Of a stretch of DNA of 39,701 nucleotides, positions 1-12,072 are shown piece after piece; the stretch's first letter is position 1, and each line of letters begins with the position of its first letter. The stretch comes from Vezdaea acicularis (Eukaryota), in NCBI GenBank assembly GCA_026025075.1, contig JAPEUI010000137.1:1-39701 (forward strand). The letters are read 5' to 3'. Below the pieces are notes generated by a model. The model was not told the origin of the DNA. It saw only the letters and a program-made list of their open reading frames with translations, and searched no databases. The translations under genes and the position numbers were made by a program.

Positions 1-276
1 GAGGAAGCTGCCAAACACGGGTATTTACGATGCACGCCATCCAATGTTTGCTCGGCTCGGCAACGAACCTGACAACGCTAAAATCTGCGCCAAGACTTTT
101 CCCACACCCCACCAACATTCACGGTTCAGGAACACGGCAGGTTGTTGACTGATTTGAGAAGTCTCAAACGAGCTTCATTTTCAAGCAAAGCTCCACCGCT
201 CCTAGACTTGGCCAAAGCTGCAGTGCATCCCATATCTCATCTCATTCTATCATCGGCTCGTATTAATTCGACAAGT

Positions 277-1273
277 ATGGATGCTACAGAGGAAAAACCG
301 GTCACTAATGTTGCGGAGGAAACTGGTGCCACAGAACCCAAACTTGCGCAGACTGAGACTGAGATGGCCACGCACCCGGTTGGCGGCGGAGCAGAGGCCA
401 ACGAGGAACCAACCGTAACTGAGAAGGCCACTGATGCTGTATCTGGTGCGGCTGCGACTACTGCAACTGCGGCCTCTGGGGTCAAAGATAATGTATTCTC
501 TATGTTTGGTGGAGGCACAAAGGAGAAGAAAAAGGAAACGGAAGATGATCCAGAGGAGGAGTCAGGCTCTTCCAAGAAGAAAGTCACTAAGGAAGGTGAA
601 GAAGTATGGATCATTCTATCCGTTCTGTCCAACCCATACTAAAATGGTACGTTTTAGGAAGAAGCTCCGGAGTCTCCAGATGTGCACTTCGAGCCGGTCG
701 TTCATCTCACCGAGAAGGTTGACATTAAAACCAACGAAGAATTAGAGGAGGTTGCTTTCAAGATGCGGGCCAAGCTCTTCAAGTTTGACCGGAACTCTCG
801 TGAGTGGAAGGAGCGAGGTACTGGAGATGTGAGACTATTGAAACACAAGGAGAATGGAAAGACACGACTTGTGATGAGGAGAGATAAGACTTTGAAGGTT
901 TGCGCAAACCACTATGGTAGGCACACAGAGTATCCTACGATTGAGAGTGTTTGTTAACATTGCCGCAGTTGTGCCGGACATGAAGCTTTCCCCCAACGTC
1001 GGGAGTGATCGAAGCTGGGTGTGGAATGCCTCTGCAGACGTCAGCGAAGGCGAACCAGAAGCTCAGACACTCGCTATCCGCTTCGCTAACAGTGAGAGTG
1101 AGTAGCGCCAAACAACTTCGGTGTTGGTTGGACGGTCAATCTAACATGTAACTCTAGATGCCAACCTATTCAAGGACGCTTTTATCAAGGCACAGCAAGA
1201 GAACGAAGCTCTTTTCCCCAAGGACAAGGAGACCCAGGAGGCCAGACCTCCTACGGAGGCTCAAGAGCTTTGA
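277..1273 (+). CDS. YRB1: Ran-specific GTPase-activating/Ran-binding protein 1 (RanBD1 domain), 276 aa, 4 exons
   Basis: Exons 277-603, 658-916, 969-1097, 1158-1273 (GT..AG introns; total 831 nt). RanBD motifs: [74 protein letters not shown]. Confidence 0.95.
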
Positions 1274-2006
1274 GGTAGCTGAATATCGAGCTGCTCTCTG
1301 TCGTTGAGTAGGTACTCGCAAAAGCTACATTAGCTTCAAGAGGGGCAGCATTTATCTTCCATCAGAAGTTGTGAGAGCCGACACTCCCTCAGTAACTCCT
1401 TGAATACATGAAGAGTCTTGATCCCCAATTGATCCTTTCGGAGATTCCTGTTTCACCTCTGCATCTGGCGCATTGAAAATATCGACCTCGATACGACTTT
1501 CATGAAGCATAGGACAATATATGACGAAATTGGCAATGGAAGGGAAGGGTTTCGCTGTAGGAGGGAGAGGGTTAGATTAGTTACGCAATAGACGTATCGT
1601 CTCCAAGCGATTTATCTACCAATTGTGCATGAGTGAAATACTGGCTCCTTATAGATGGTTGAAACACTGCAAGTAAACGAGGCCTACTACACAGCGGGAA
1701 ACCCGAGAACCACTTCCCACAGTCTCGGGGCTTGCCCTAAACAGATCTAAACAGCCGTGTGAGGCCCGATTGATCTTACAGGTGTCGAGAAGAGTGCCCT
1801 TTGTCTCTTCAAATCCAAAACAAGCCCATCACGTGGAATATTCAAGGGGGATCCACGAGTCTAATCCTTTTCCGGCCTTCGCGTCGACCGCATTCACTAG
1901 CTCTAAACCCCGCCAACCACTCATACGGCTTTCTTTCATTCGCAAAGCTTCAATCGCATTGTAGCTCACCTCAATTCCGTCAGATCACCGATAACATTCC
2001 TTCAAG

Positions 2007-3289
2007 ATGCCTGACGTAAGTCTTCTCCGGAGCTGCTAGACAAAGTGGAAACGCGCAATGGAGCTCTCAGAAACTAACGTCTTTGTGCTCAACAACAGGT
2101 CAAGCGCACGATCAGGCTCATTACGATGCAGCATACCACGTACGTTGCCGTACCTCTATTGTACTCGCATGAAATCGCATACTCTGCATGAAGCACTAGC
2201 TCCACGCAATCGTTGTGTCTGAATGCTCTCGAGTCGTTCATCGCTGACCTCGAGCCCTCTCCTATAGTGACAAGCCCCCTGAACAGGAGGGCTTTCCCAT
2301 GCGTGCATGGAGCGTGGAGATCCGCCTTCTCGACAACAACGGGCGCGAGATGCCTGCCAATTTATTCACCAAGGCGGTCTACCATCTACATCCTTCGTTT
2401 CCCAAACCGGTGCATAGTACGTCCTACCCCGATCACGCGTCGAAGCCGACCCAATTGGCGTTTCGCAACTTACAAAGGGGATGCCTACTGACACAATGGC
2501 GGTGCAGCCATCAACACGGTGCCGTTCAAGGTGGAAGAAGAGGGCTGGGGCGAGTTTGACATGACAATTGTGCTGCATGCGGTAGACAGGGGCGGCGACC
2601 ACACCATTCTCCATGACCTGAACTTCCAGAGCGAGAGATACGAGGCGGACCACGTCGTGGTGAGTCCAAGGTCCATTCTTCCGCTTTGAGAACAAAGACT
2701 GACACGAGCCCTTTCATGCTCTCAGACGTTCAAGAACCCACGCCCTGCCCTGATCGAGAAACTGAGGGAAAGTGGCCCGGTACCAGGCGATGAGAACGGC
2801 ACGAAGGCAAAGATTGCTGGCATGGAGAAGAAGAAGAGCTCATCGAGCAAGCAAAAAGGCCAGGCGGTACGTTGTTGACAGCCATAGCGGTCTCTCATAA
2901 GCAAGACGTAAACCCCAATGCCTCGAGCATCAGGCTAACAAGCTACAATACATAGGTCGACATGGAGCGGTTAGCCGAGGGTTTACAAAAGCTGCAAGAA
3001 GACGATTTACTGCAGGTGGTCCAGATGGTACACGACAACAAGTCGCCCGAATCCTACATAAAAAACGATCTCGAGCGTAAGTCGCCGTACATCCGCACTC
3101 TTCACAGCGCCCCTCTCCTAGCCCCCTCACACAACCTTAAGCCACCTCGAAGAGAAACGCAAACGCTAATCCTCCATTTCCTGCACTCCAGAAGGCGAAT
3201 TCCACGTAGACCTCTACACCCTTCCCGAACTGCTCATCAAGATGCTCTGGGACCTCGTCGTCGAGAAGACAGACGTTTCCCTCGAGTAA
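2007..3289 (+). CDS. TAF14: YEATS + ET domain protein Taf14/Anc1/Tfg3 (TFIID/TFIIF/SWI-SNF subunit), 236 aa, 7 exons
   Basis: Exons 2007-2015, 2099-2139, 2268-2416, 2508-2659, 2726-2866, 2956-3076, 3192-3289 (711 nt). Motifs: MPDVKRTIRLIT, EGFPMRAWS, VYHLHPSF, PFKVEEEGWGEFDM, HDLNF, VDMERLAEGLQKL, GEFHVDLYTLP. Confidence 0.93.
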
Positions 3290-4447
3290 AAAACCTAGCG
3301 AGCGCGTAGGTGCTTACCTTTTCAGCTGGTCACGCATTTCATGAGGATATGTTCTCTGACGGGGATCGGTGGGGGCCTTTGGTACTTTGGCGGGAGGAAA
3401 GTGGAGCTGGCTGGCTGTCGGGGTGGTCATCTAACGGCGTCAAATGTCTTGCAGATTTTTTGCTTCTCGACACCCAATGCTGCTGCTGCTGCTTCGGATG
3501 TATCTCCCGCGCTGGGTCTTTTTCTTAAAGCAACTTCGACGGTGCTTCCAACCCTTGCCCCCGAAGCCAGGCGCAGGGTACGGAAGGGAACTCGGCACAA
3601 TCTTTTGTACTATAATACCCCCTAGCAAGTCTTTTTATTCGGCCTTGTGGCCAGAGGTTGTTTGGTCTTGAGATGTATTTTCGCCGTTGTCAATGCACGG
3701 AGGGTGCTTCATGAGGAGCCCCTTTTCCCGGAACCATCTCTACCCCACAGAGGAGCTTGGTTTCTTATCCACCTCTCCTCCTCCTCCTCCTCCTCCGTCG
3801 TTCGCCGGCAGGGACGTAAATACGAAAGGCCAGCCCCTCCCCTCCCCTCCCCTTCCCTCCTTCCCATAATCTATTATCCTCCAGCCGAAAACATACTCAG
3901 ACCGGACCCCTGCGTATAGACTCGTAAATCCAGCCCCCCCCTTTTGCAGCAGAGATAGTTAGGGCAGGAGGATGTGGATGGGGGTGGTGGTGGTGGTGTT
4001 TACGCGCTGCTACTCGCGACCCCCTTTTCTGATCAGTAGACGGGCTTATCCCCTATCCAACATCCAGCCGAGTCCTCCCAGCTCGAAAGCGCCCCGGGGA
4101 TGCAGGTTCATATCAACTCATCGCCGTACCCTGTAGAGACATATGCAGCGCTGAGCCATGTAGAAGGGGTGAGCTTGTTGGTCTACACGCCTCCGTCCCA
4201 GAGCTCTGACTTGGTAGCTGGGAAAGGTTTAGGGTTTGGGGATTGGGCGTTAATTTCTGCTGCATAAGTGAAGGCTGGTACGGTCTCACGCCTTAATCAG
4301 CGACATAGAGAGATGCCGGCAGGGTGTTCATGGCGTATTCACCACACAGACAAACTAGTAGGAGATCGGATGGGGATAGGGATGGGGAGGGCTGGGTAGT
4401 AAAGAGATAGCGATACCATTGCCCCTGAGAAAGAAGGGAGAAGAATA

Positions 4448-4472
4448 GACTGGACTGGACTGGACTGGACTG
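4448..4472. repeat. Pentanucleotide tandem repeat (GACTG)x5
   Basis: gactggactggactggactggactg read directly. Confidence 0.85.
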
Positions 4473-5318
4473 TAGTACCTACCCAATCCCCCAGCAAAAA
4501 GAAATTGCACAAGACAGTACGAGTATAGTAAGCCTCCCACAACCAGTCAGGTATACACCCACCCCTTTCCCCTCTCTCTAGCAGGAGAAAACGTACTCCC
4601 CACTCCCACCCCCCCCAATCGTACGAAACAGGGGAGGAAAGCAGTCTCCCCAACCCCAGCTCCTAGCTTCATACTTTATACCATTCCCTGGACCGCAGGG
4701 TTAGGCTTCAGCCATGCCATCTCGCTCTTACGAGTAAGACTTCTAGGATTAGTTAGCGTGTGGGATGTCCTTCTTGAAGGGTTTGAAGTGAGAAGGGGGG
4801 AGAGATGGCTGGGTGCTCGAGCAAAAGGCGGGGCCTGCGGCGATTGCTGCGGAGATTGATGGATGAGTGCATGCGTGGATACGTGCATGCGTGGGTGCAA
4901 GGTACCAAGGCGGTGCAGAGGCAGGGCTCGCAGCGTAAGAAGAGGGAGCAGGGGCTACTCGAAGGACAGAGCCGCCAGACCCCTTTTAAAGCCCCCTTCA
5001 GATCCCCTCAATTACTCAGAGTCCGAAAAGCGTGTCGACAACGGAGCATAGCCTCACATTAAAGGAGACTGCACGCACTTGAAGATCGATGCATTGATCT
5101 CAGCTTGCCTAAGACGAACCCTCCCCTTCGCTGAATATGAGAGCCGATCAGTCTGGTCCGTCCGAACGAGCCGCCTGGAAAATATGACGAAGGGGGAAGG
5201 CAGTTTGCAGGACGGCTAGATACAGCTAGGAGGTTTTCTTTTTTTTTTTCGCGGCAGCTCAGGAAAATTACAAAGAGATAACACAGGGATATATCCCGCC
5301 CAAAACAGAGACACGAGC

Positions 5319-5321
<3 letters not shown>

Positions 5322-5393
<72 letters not shown>

Positions 5394-5417
5394 CAGTAGC
5401 AGCAGCAACAGCAACAG
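5322..5417. repeat. (CAG)n/(CTG)n microsatellite: 23 pure CAG followed by TAG/CAA-interrupted units
   Basis: Pure CAG at 5322-5390, then tag cag tag cag cag caa cag caa cag. Confidence 0.97.
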
Positions 5418-6057
5418 AAAATCCGGGGTGCGAAAGGCAAGGGGAAAGCTTGGTTTAGGGGTTGCTGACTAGTGTGATGGGATAATAGTAGCCAGATAGA
5501 GTACAGAGCTACCGCAGGTAAAGAAAAACCATAAAGTCGGAGGAAAGGCTAGAATATTGGAAAGAAGAGAGAGAGAAAGAGATGTTGCAATGGTGACGAG
5601 GGAGAGATGAAGGATAACTGGTTGGTTCAATCTTGGATGATGAATGCACATCCTTCCTCCCTTCACTTCTTTCATTCTTTCTCTCGCACCCTCTCCTTTC
5701 CCCCCAACCGTCACCTCTTTTTGCCGTTCCTCTCTTTTGCAATTGGCTGCTTCCAAGAAAAGCTATCTTTCGTAACATCGTATCAGAGAAGTCGTGTTGG
5801 CTACCACTGCGCGTAGCCGTGCAGGAAAGGTAATGCGATCCCACCGCCCCACTCGCGCCATATTACAAACTCTCCGTTTTTTCGTTTCCACGGGGAAAGT
5901 TATATCTCAAGTCCTGTGAGTCTTGGTAAATTTTTGTATTGTTCGCTTGCGATTTTTTGGGGATCAAGATTTGGATTGGGGGGTTATGATTGAAGGACGG
6001 CGAGAATTAACTAGGCTTCAAGGCGAAACATCCGTAGAAAAATGGTGCAGACAGAAT

Positions 6058-7595
6058 CTACCAGGCCCAAATCTTGAGCTAGAAAGTAAAGGTCGATGTT
6101 TAGTTTCCCGTTACTTAGGAACGTAAGAGTGATCAAACTTACCAGCGAGTCCCAAGACCCAGTGCAAAGACTTATCCCATCGTTACTTACACCCAGACAG
6201 CTAACGCGGTTGTCATGTCCTGTCAGCGATCCCACCTTCTCTCCTCGCAGTACGTCCCAGACCTAATTTGGACATAATATCAGTACATGTCGCACAGCAG
6301 CACGGGAAGGCACGCATGCACGCATGAACGCATGAACGCATGAAGCCAAGACAGAGATTGAAAAATGCGAGAAATGTCGGGCAGCAACAGGTCTCAAGAC
6401 TCAACATACCTTGCATTCGAAATCATCGTATCCAGCGAATAACAGCCGACCAGAAACCGAGAAGGCGACGGATGTGATACCGCAGAGGACTTGTTCATTC
6501 TGTTTAAGAAAAAGGTGGCGTCCGTTAGCCTCAAAAGCAACTCTTAGGCGAAGATGCAAACGTGATTGGCCACAATTGCCGATCGTGGCGTATCGGACAG
6601 GCTGCTTGAAGCAAGGCCCACCCACGATCGCAATGCGGAAGGTGAAGCATGGGGATCAGGGAACTTACCGAATATTGATTGAGCTCGCGGTCAGCTCGAA
6701 TATCAAACAGACGGCAAGATGCATCGTCTGAGCCTGTGCCAAAGGCATTGCCGTCAGGGAAGAACTGGATGGCATTGATATCGGATTCGTGTCCGGCAAA
6801 AGTTTGGACGGCTTTGCCAGTGCGGATATCCCACAGCTTGGCAAAAGCGTCACAGGCTCCAGAGACAAAGATGTTCTGGTTTGTCGGGTTGATGCTGATG
6901 CTCATCACGTCCCCGAGGTGATCAGCAAATTCTGTAACCTTCGACCCCGTCTCCACATCCCATAGCATGCAAGTCATATCTCCAGAAGACGTGAGGATCC
7001 GTCGGTCGTTGATGAAGCGGCAGCAGGAGAGATAGCCAGAGTGGCCAGAAAGTTCTCGGGCGACCCGAGTTGGTCCTTCCCTCGAAGATAGGTTGTAAAC
7101 AGAACAGATATTGTCCAATCCACCACAAGCCACATAGTTTCCACTGGGAGCGTATGCACAAGTCATCACCCATGATGACCGTAGAGGGATGGCGTGGACT
7201 TTGTTCGTTGTGTAGGCATCCCAAATGATAAGCTTGCCGTCCTGGGAAGCAGAAACTAGATGTCTTCGATCGGTAGACCAATGCATGGCATATATCTTTG
7301 CTAGATGGCCCTTTAGAGTGCGTCGAACCTTCATACCAATCCTGGGTAATGCATCTGTGCTTTCTCGGGCAGATTGTCGAACTGTAAGCAGTGTCAATTA
7401 GCTACTGAAGGAAAACATTACACTCGTAGTTACGCGCTGAGTTCCAATAAATCCACAGAGGAGATGGTAGAACTCACGGGTCGTGTCGGCGAGCTCGTCT
7501 TTCTTGCGCTTGATCCGATCTTTTAAACCCTCGGCCTCGCGTCGAGCGGCTTGTATCCGCGACTGCATCATCTCTGGAGTCACGTCGTTCGACAT
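6058..7595 (-). CDS. sfaD: Heterotrimeric G-protein beta subunit (WD40), 353 aa, 5 exons
   Basis: Exons 7595-7478, 7381-6669, 6499-6410, 6262-6143, 6078-6058 (1062 nt). N-terminal coiled coil, [56 protein letters not shown]. Equivalent to gnb-1/MGB1. Confidence 0.97.
6312..6344. repeat. 8-nt tandem repeat ACGCATG(A/C) x4 inside G-beta intron 3
   Basis: acgcatgc acgcatga acgcatga acgcatga a. Confidence 0.85.
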
Positions 7596-8318
7596 GGCTG
7601 GATCTTGTTCGACCGACCAGAGTTATGTATCAAAGGGGTGGGTTGTTGAAATAAGCAGACGAAAAGGAAGAGATCAGGGGAGGAAAGAAGGGCGGCCGGA
7701 TTTTTGAGTCAAGCGACCAGATCGGCGTGGTGTTCCGGGCTTGATTCCAACGATCCGGATCCCACAGACTGGTGTCGCAAGAGACAATGTCGCAGTTATC
7801 AACCGGTCGGCCTCGAGATTTGCGTGGGTGCTGTGGCGGAGATTGGTGTCGATGAGGTGTGTCGTCGTCAAAGTCGGGAGAGTGCGAGTGGTGCAGTGCT
7901 GGGTTAGAGGCTGGTCGGTGCTGGACCTGGAATGACGGAAAGAGGCTGCGTTTGGCGGATGTGTTTCGACGGCGGCTGCACGAATTGGTCTGAATTGGTT
8001 GTGTTGGTGAAGCCGCTATAGATGCCTTTTCGGAAAAGGGGAGCACCAGAGCTTGCGTTGCCGTGAGATGCAGGAGATGGACTTGTTGGAGGAGTGTGGA
8101 CGATTAGTGGATGAAGCTGGCCGTTCCGTCAATGGGAACTGGAGGCAATCGAGGGGATAGGGTCGAGCGGCCCGCGTCTGGTCTGGGGCGAGCCCACGAA
8201 AGCGCGGCTGGTTACGGGCAAGCGTCGAGCTGCAGGACCGCGACGCAGACGCAAAGACGTCAAAGCACAGCTGGACGGAGAGAGCGGTGGAATGGAGGAA
8301 GCTTGGGGTTCGGGCGCT

Positions 8319-8348
8319 CGACTTGCACGACTTGCACGACTTGCACGA
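8319..8348. repeat. 9-nt tandem repeat (CGACTTGCA)x3 upstream of G-beta
   Basis: cgacttgca cgacttgca cgacttgca cga. Confidence 0.85.
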
Positions 8349-11300
8349 TTACGGTACAACTACTGTAGCACAGAAGTGCCAGCAGAATCTGGCCGTCTGG
8401 CTGCCGCAGGCTCTGGTAGGCGTCGCAAATGAGTCTGATTAGTGGGGCCAGAAGCGCGCCACAGCAGCATCTCGCGGTGTCTGGCTGCGACCCGGCCTAC
8501 CTTTGACTACGTATAATACACAGCTTGGCCTCCTCTACTGTGCGATCTCAACTGCTGCTGTCATACCCATCGGTCAGCTCTCCATTGCGGTCTCCGTCAA
8601 ACATGCACAGGAAGCTTGCGCGACTTGGCTTGCATCATAAGGCTCTGACGTTCCTTCTGGGATCTCTCACGCCAGACCGAGTTGTATCGCGCACCGCATC
8701 TGTCTGGGCACCAATCATGACTTGGCAGGAGCGGGCCACGGCGCTGGGGGGAGTCGAGATCGGGGACAGGAACAGCAAGAAAGGAGAAGAACAGATTCCT
8801 GCGAAATGATATACTCGTATCGCTCGCATCGGTGCATCTTCAGCTAGATTCGAGCCTCCTCCACCCCTCCATTACCCCCCCACCAGCCCTTTGAGGTGTT
8901 TGCGATGTCCATCGCGAGCAGGCGATGGCAGCTATCGCCCCGTATCGACTGGCGAGGCGCACACGGGCCCCTCGTACTCCAGGAGGCCCGATCAAGGTCG
9001 CGAGCTCTCATGGCTGACCAAGATCCAGGCGGGACAGGCTGATTGCGACAGGACGAAGGGTTCGGACGGCGGACGGGCACGACGGGCCATGGACGAAGGA
9101 TTCACCCAGGCTTCCAGAATGGTGTCGTGTCTTGGACGAGCGCGTCTGCTGGCGCGGAGAAAGAGACAAGAAGAGGGAGCGATTATTCTCGCATGCAGCA
9201 TGGGCCATTGCCTGAATCATCCCCATGCCAATGCAGGGCATCCGACCGTCCAGCCCTCGTCCCTCTCCGCCCGCCCTCTGCGTCGCGGCCCCGACCTGCC
9301 GCGGCGCAGGAAAGAGGGTCCGCCCGTTCCTGGATTCCGCAGGACGAAAAGCTTGGCGCGAGCGGGCGGACGAGGGCTCCACCCTGGGCGCACGGCGGGC
9401 GGACTGGGGGCCACGGAAGGGGCGACTTGGGGATGCTGGCGTGAAGACATCAAACCTCCTGACTCTCCGTCCTACCCTACTCCATATTCCAATCCCACTT
9501 CTGCCCTTGTGGCACGCTTGAGCCTCATCACTGGGCCATCTCGATCATGTAGCCGTATCGATCTGTCCCTTGGTCGTCTGGCAGAGCTCCCCCACTCGTC
9601 AGTGGCTGCCACCGTCAAGCCTGCCGATCCAAGCCACCCACAGCTCGACACTAACACTTTTCCCCAGATCGAGCGGCCCTTCACTGGCCGCTCCATTCAT
9701 TCGATTTTCTCCGACGTGCAGCTCCTTGGCTGCGACTATCGCTTTTCTGCCGCGGGGGAGCTGCAGTCGCCATCAGGATGGCCGACTCAAGCCTTTCCCG
9801 AGTAGGACCGCGACCGCCCTTATCGGGATGTGAGAGGTGAGAGGTGAGAGGCGATGCACTCGGACGAGACATGCGGAGGAAAGGGTGACGCGACGCGCCG
9901 ACCCCTTTTCTATCTGCGACGAGGCGAGGGCAAAGGCAGGTCACGGGGTTAGGGCACGAAACACGTTCTCAATTCTCAAAAACCCTTCCCGGAAACGACC
10001 AACACTAACCCAAAGCAACGATAGCTCATGCGGCGTTCTCTCACGACCACAGAAACCGGGCCGACGGGTCCTGGGGTCTTGGAGCAGGAAAAAAGGGCGC
10101 GTCGGCGCAGGCCGCGCTGCTGCTCGAGCGCGACTGCCATCGCTTCGTCTCAATATATCGCAATATGCCGCTGCCGGCCAATCAGAGGCCGCCGCCCGCT
10201 TGCAATTACGCGCCCAGCGTTACTAACATTAGACAGTTGGCCTCGACCAACATCATAACCCCCCTTCGACATGTCGTGCGCCAATGTCCAACGGAGCTTC
10301 AAGGCGGCGACATATTTCTGGCGATCAATGCGGAGTCTCCAAGGTGAGGATGTGGATATACCATCGCTGATGGTGATGGGCGAGCGTGCTCGGCGAGACC
10401 CTCAGACGGTCGCATCGCCTGGGGAGGTTGTCCGTGGTTGATATGAAGATCCCACACGTCAAGGGCACTGAGACGGGGCAAGCGCGGCATCGAGGTTGAG
10501 CTAAGTTCCCAAAACCACAGCGTGAAGGGACAGCCTGGTTCTAGTGCGGCGTCCCGCTGACATGGTATCGCCCCTCTGTTGGATACATTGGGGGAACTTG
10601 TATATCCCACAGCTCTGCATTATGTATGATACATATCGTGCATCTACCCGACCCATCATGGTGATCACCGCCAAACTCTCTACCATTCCATTCTCTTACA
10701 ACATTACACATCGACGGCTATACGGGCGATCGGATAGTATCCGAGGGCCGACGTTTGGGCGGGGGCGTCGGATGGCGATAGGTCAGCAAACGTGTCGGTC
10801 GAGATCTGAGGGTCAAGGGTTGGGCCGAGGGCGAACGGCCGAAGCGGCGGGTGGTGGTGGCGAGTGCGACTGACTAACACAGCTCTCGGCCGAGGAAAAA
10901 GGGCGCATTATGTCTCAAGCACGAGGGCGATATACAACACAAACAGACGGCGATTGTTGATGTGCGGCCAGATGAAGCTGTTTATTATCGATAGTTGCAG
11001 GTGTCGCAGGCATGGCATCGGCCAGCCAGCGGAGCGTCCGGCCACGCTCCGGGTGAAATGAGGCTGGCGGTGCGCTCCAGCTCCCGTAGATTAAACAGAG
11101 TGACGTGAAACGACGATGGACGGGGGATGAAATTGAGTTGGGTGCGGCCGCTTTAACGGGCCCAGCCCGCTGCTGCTGCTCGCGCCGCTGGCCAGCCTCC
11201 GTGCTTCCTTCCAGCGCCGTCTGCCCAGTCGCCGGCCAGCTGTTAGCGACACTGACGGGGGGTCGCCCGTCAATAAGCAGCGAGCGAAAAGCGAGAGCCA

Positions 11301-11954
11301 CACCCTAAACGAGAGAGAGGAGAAAGGGAAGTTTCGCGGTGAAAAACGACCTCCTCCCTTGACACATCGCCATCCCCCTCAAACGACAACGCCCCATCCC
11401 ATCACCATCGCCATCATCCGATCTCGTTCTTGCGTCGACCGACCGACGCCCCTGGCGCCATTATCGTCGTCGCCCTCGCTCGCACGCGTGCATGACTTTG
11501 ATTTCGTCCGGCGTCCGCTGCTGAGTCTCTCCTGGTCGCGGCTGAGGACCCGTGAACCGCTCGACCAAGGTCTCAAGGACGACAATTCCATCAACTCGAT
11601 CTCATCTCGCCGCAGCCTCGCTGCATTCATCGACCGCTCGCCCGTTTCAATCCATCATAGGCGTGAATTGCCTGCGATCGCTGACGATCGGAGGGCCTTT
11701 GTCGCCTTGGTGATCGTTCAGTCCTGGACGAATCTCGAACACCCCTAAGTACAACACGAGGCGAATACCATCCAATATCACGAGCATCGACCGGTCGAGA
11801 TTTACTATTTCTCACCCAATACTCCGCAGTGGATCTGTGGACTCTCTCACGACACAAACCTGTTGAAGCAAGCACCACGCTTGCTAATTTCGCCCTTGAT
11901 AATTTAACGAGACGGCTGCTTCACCATCTTCTCATCACCCTAACCCCGAAACTC

Positions 11955-12023
11955 GTGAGTGACAACCTCTCCCATCCCGACTTACCGCTCGTTGAAATTC
12001 AACTGACCTTTCTTTCTCATCAG
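11955..12023 (+). other. Probable 5'-UTR spliceosomal intron of samB (possible alternative acceptor at 12040)
   Basis: GTGAGT donor at 11955, ACTGAC branch at 12002-12007, pyrimidine tract, CAG ending 12023. A second ACTAAT branch (12025) and CCAG (12040) follow. Confidence 0.6.
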
Positions 12024-12072
12024 AACTAATTCTGATCCAGAGTCCTAGCACTGCATCAATAGTTAATGCAAG

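Noticed and set aside
142..276. In-frame TTG-initiated extension of YRB1 (likewise tigA 25413-25342)
   Set aside because: These are ORF-track near-cognate starts. The first ATG already gives a family-typical protein, and for tigA an N-terminal signal peptide.
4425..4482. Minus-strand intron-like segment GTAGGT..pyrimidine tract..CAG
   Set aside because: No canonical branch point, largely made of the GACTG repeat, and no coding context
5216..5440. Poly-cysteine ORF on the minus strand
   Set aside because: It is only a translation of the CAG/CTG microsatellite, has a non-ATG start and shows no protein features
8891..9805. 304-aa ORF in the G-beta/samB gap
   Set aside because: TTG start, R/G/P/S-rich composition, no recognisable domain, and overlapped by similar ORFs on both strands; expected in GC-rich DNA
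9946..11946. CCCTAACCC motifs (9946-9954 minus; 11938-11946 plus) as a telomerase RNA template
   Set aside because: Single 9-mers without a recognisable U-rich/A-rich pseudoknot; isolated TTAGGG-like words are scattered through the window
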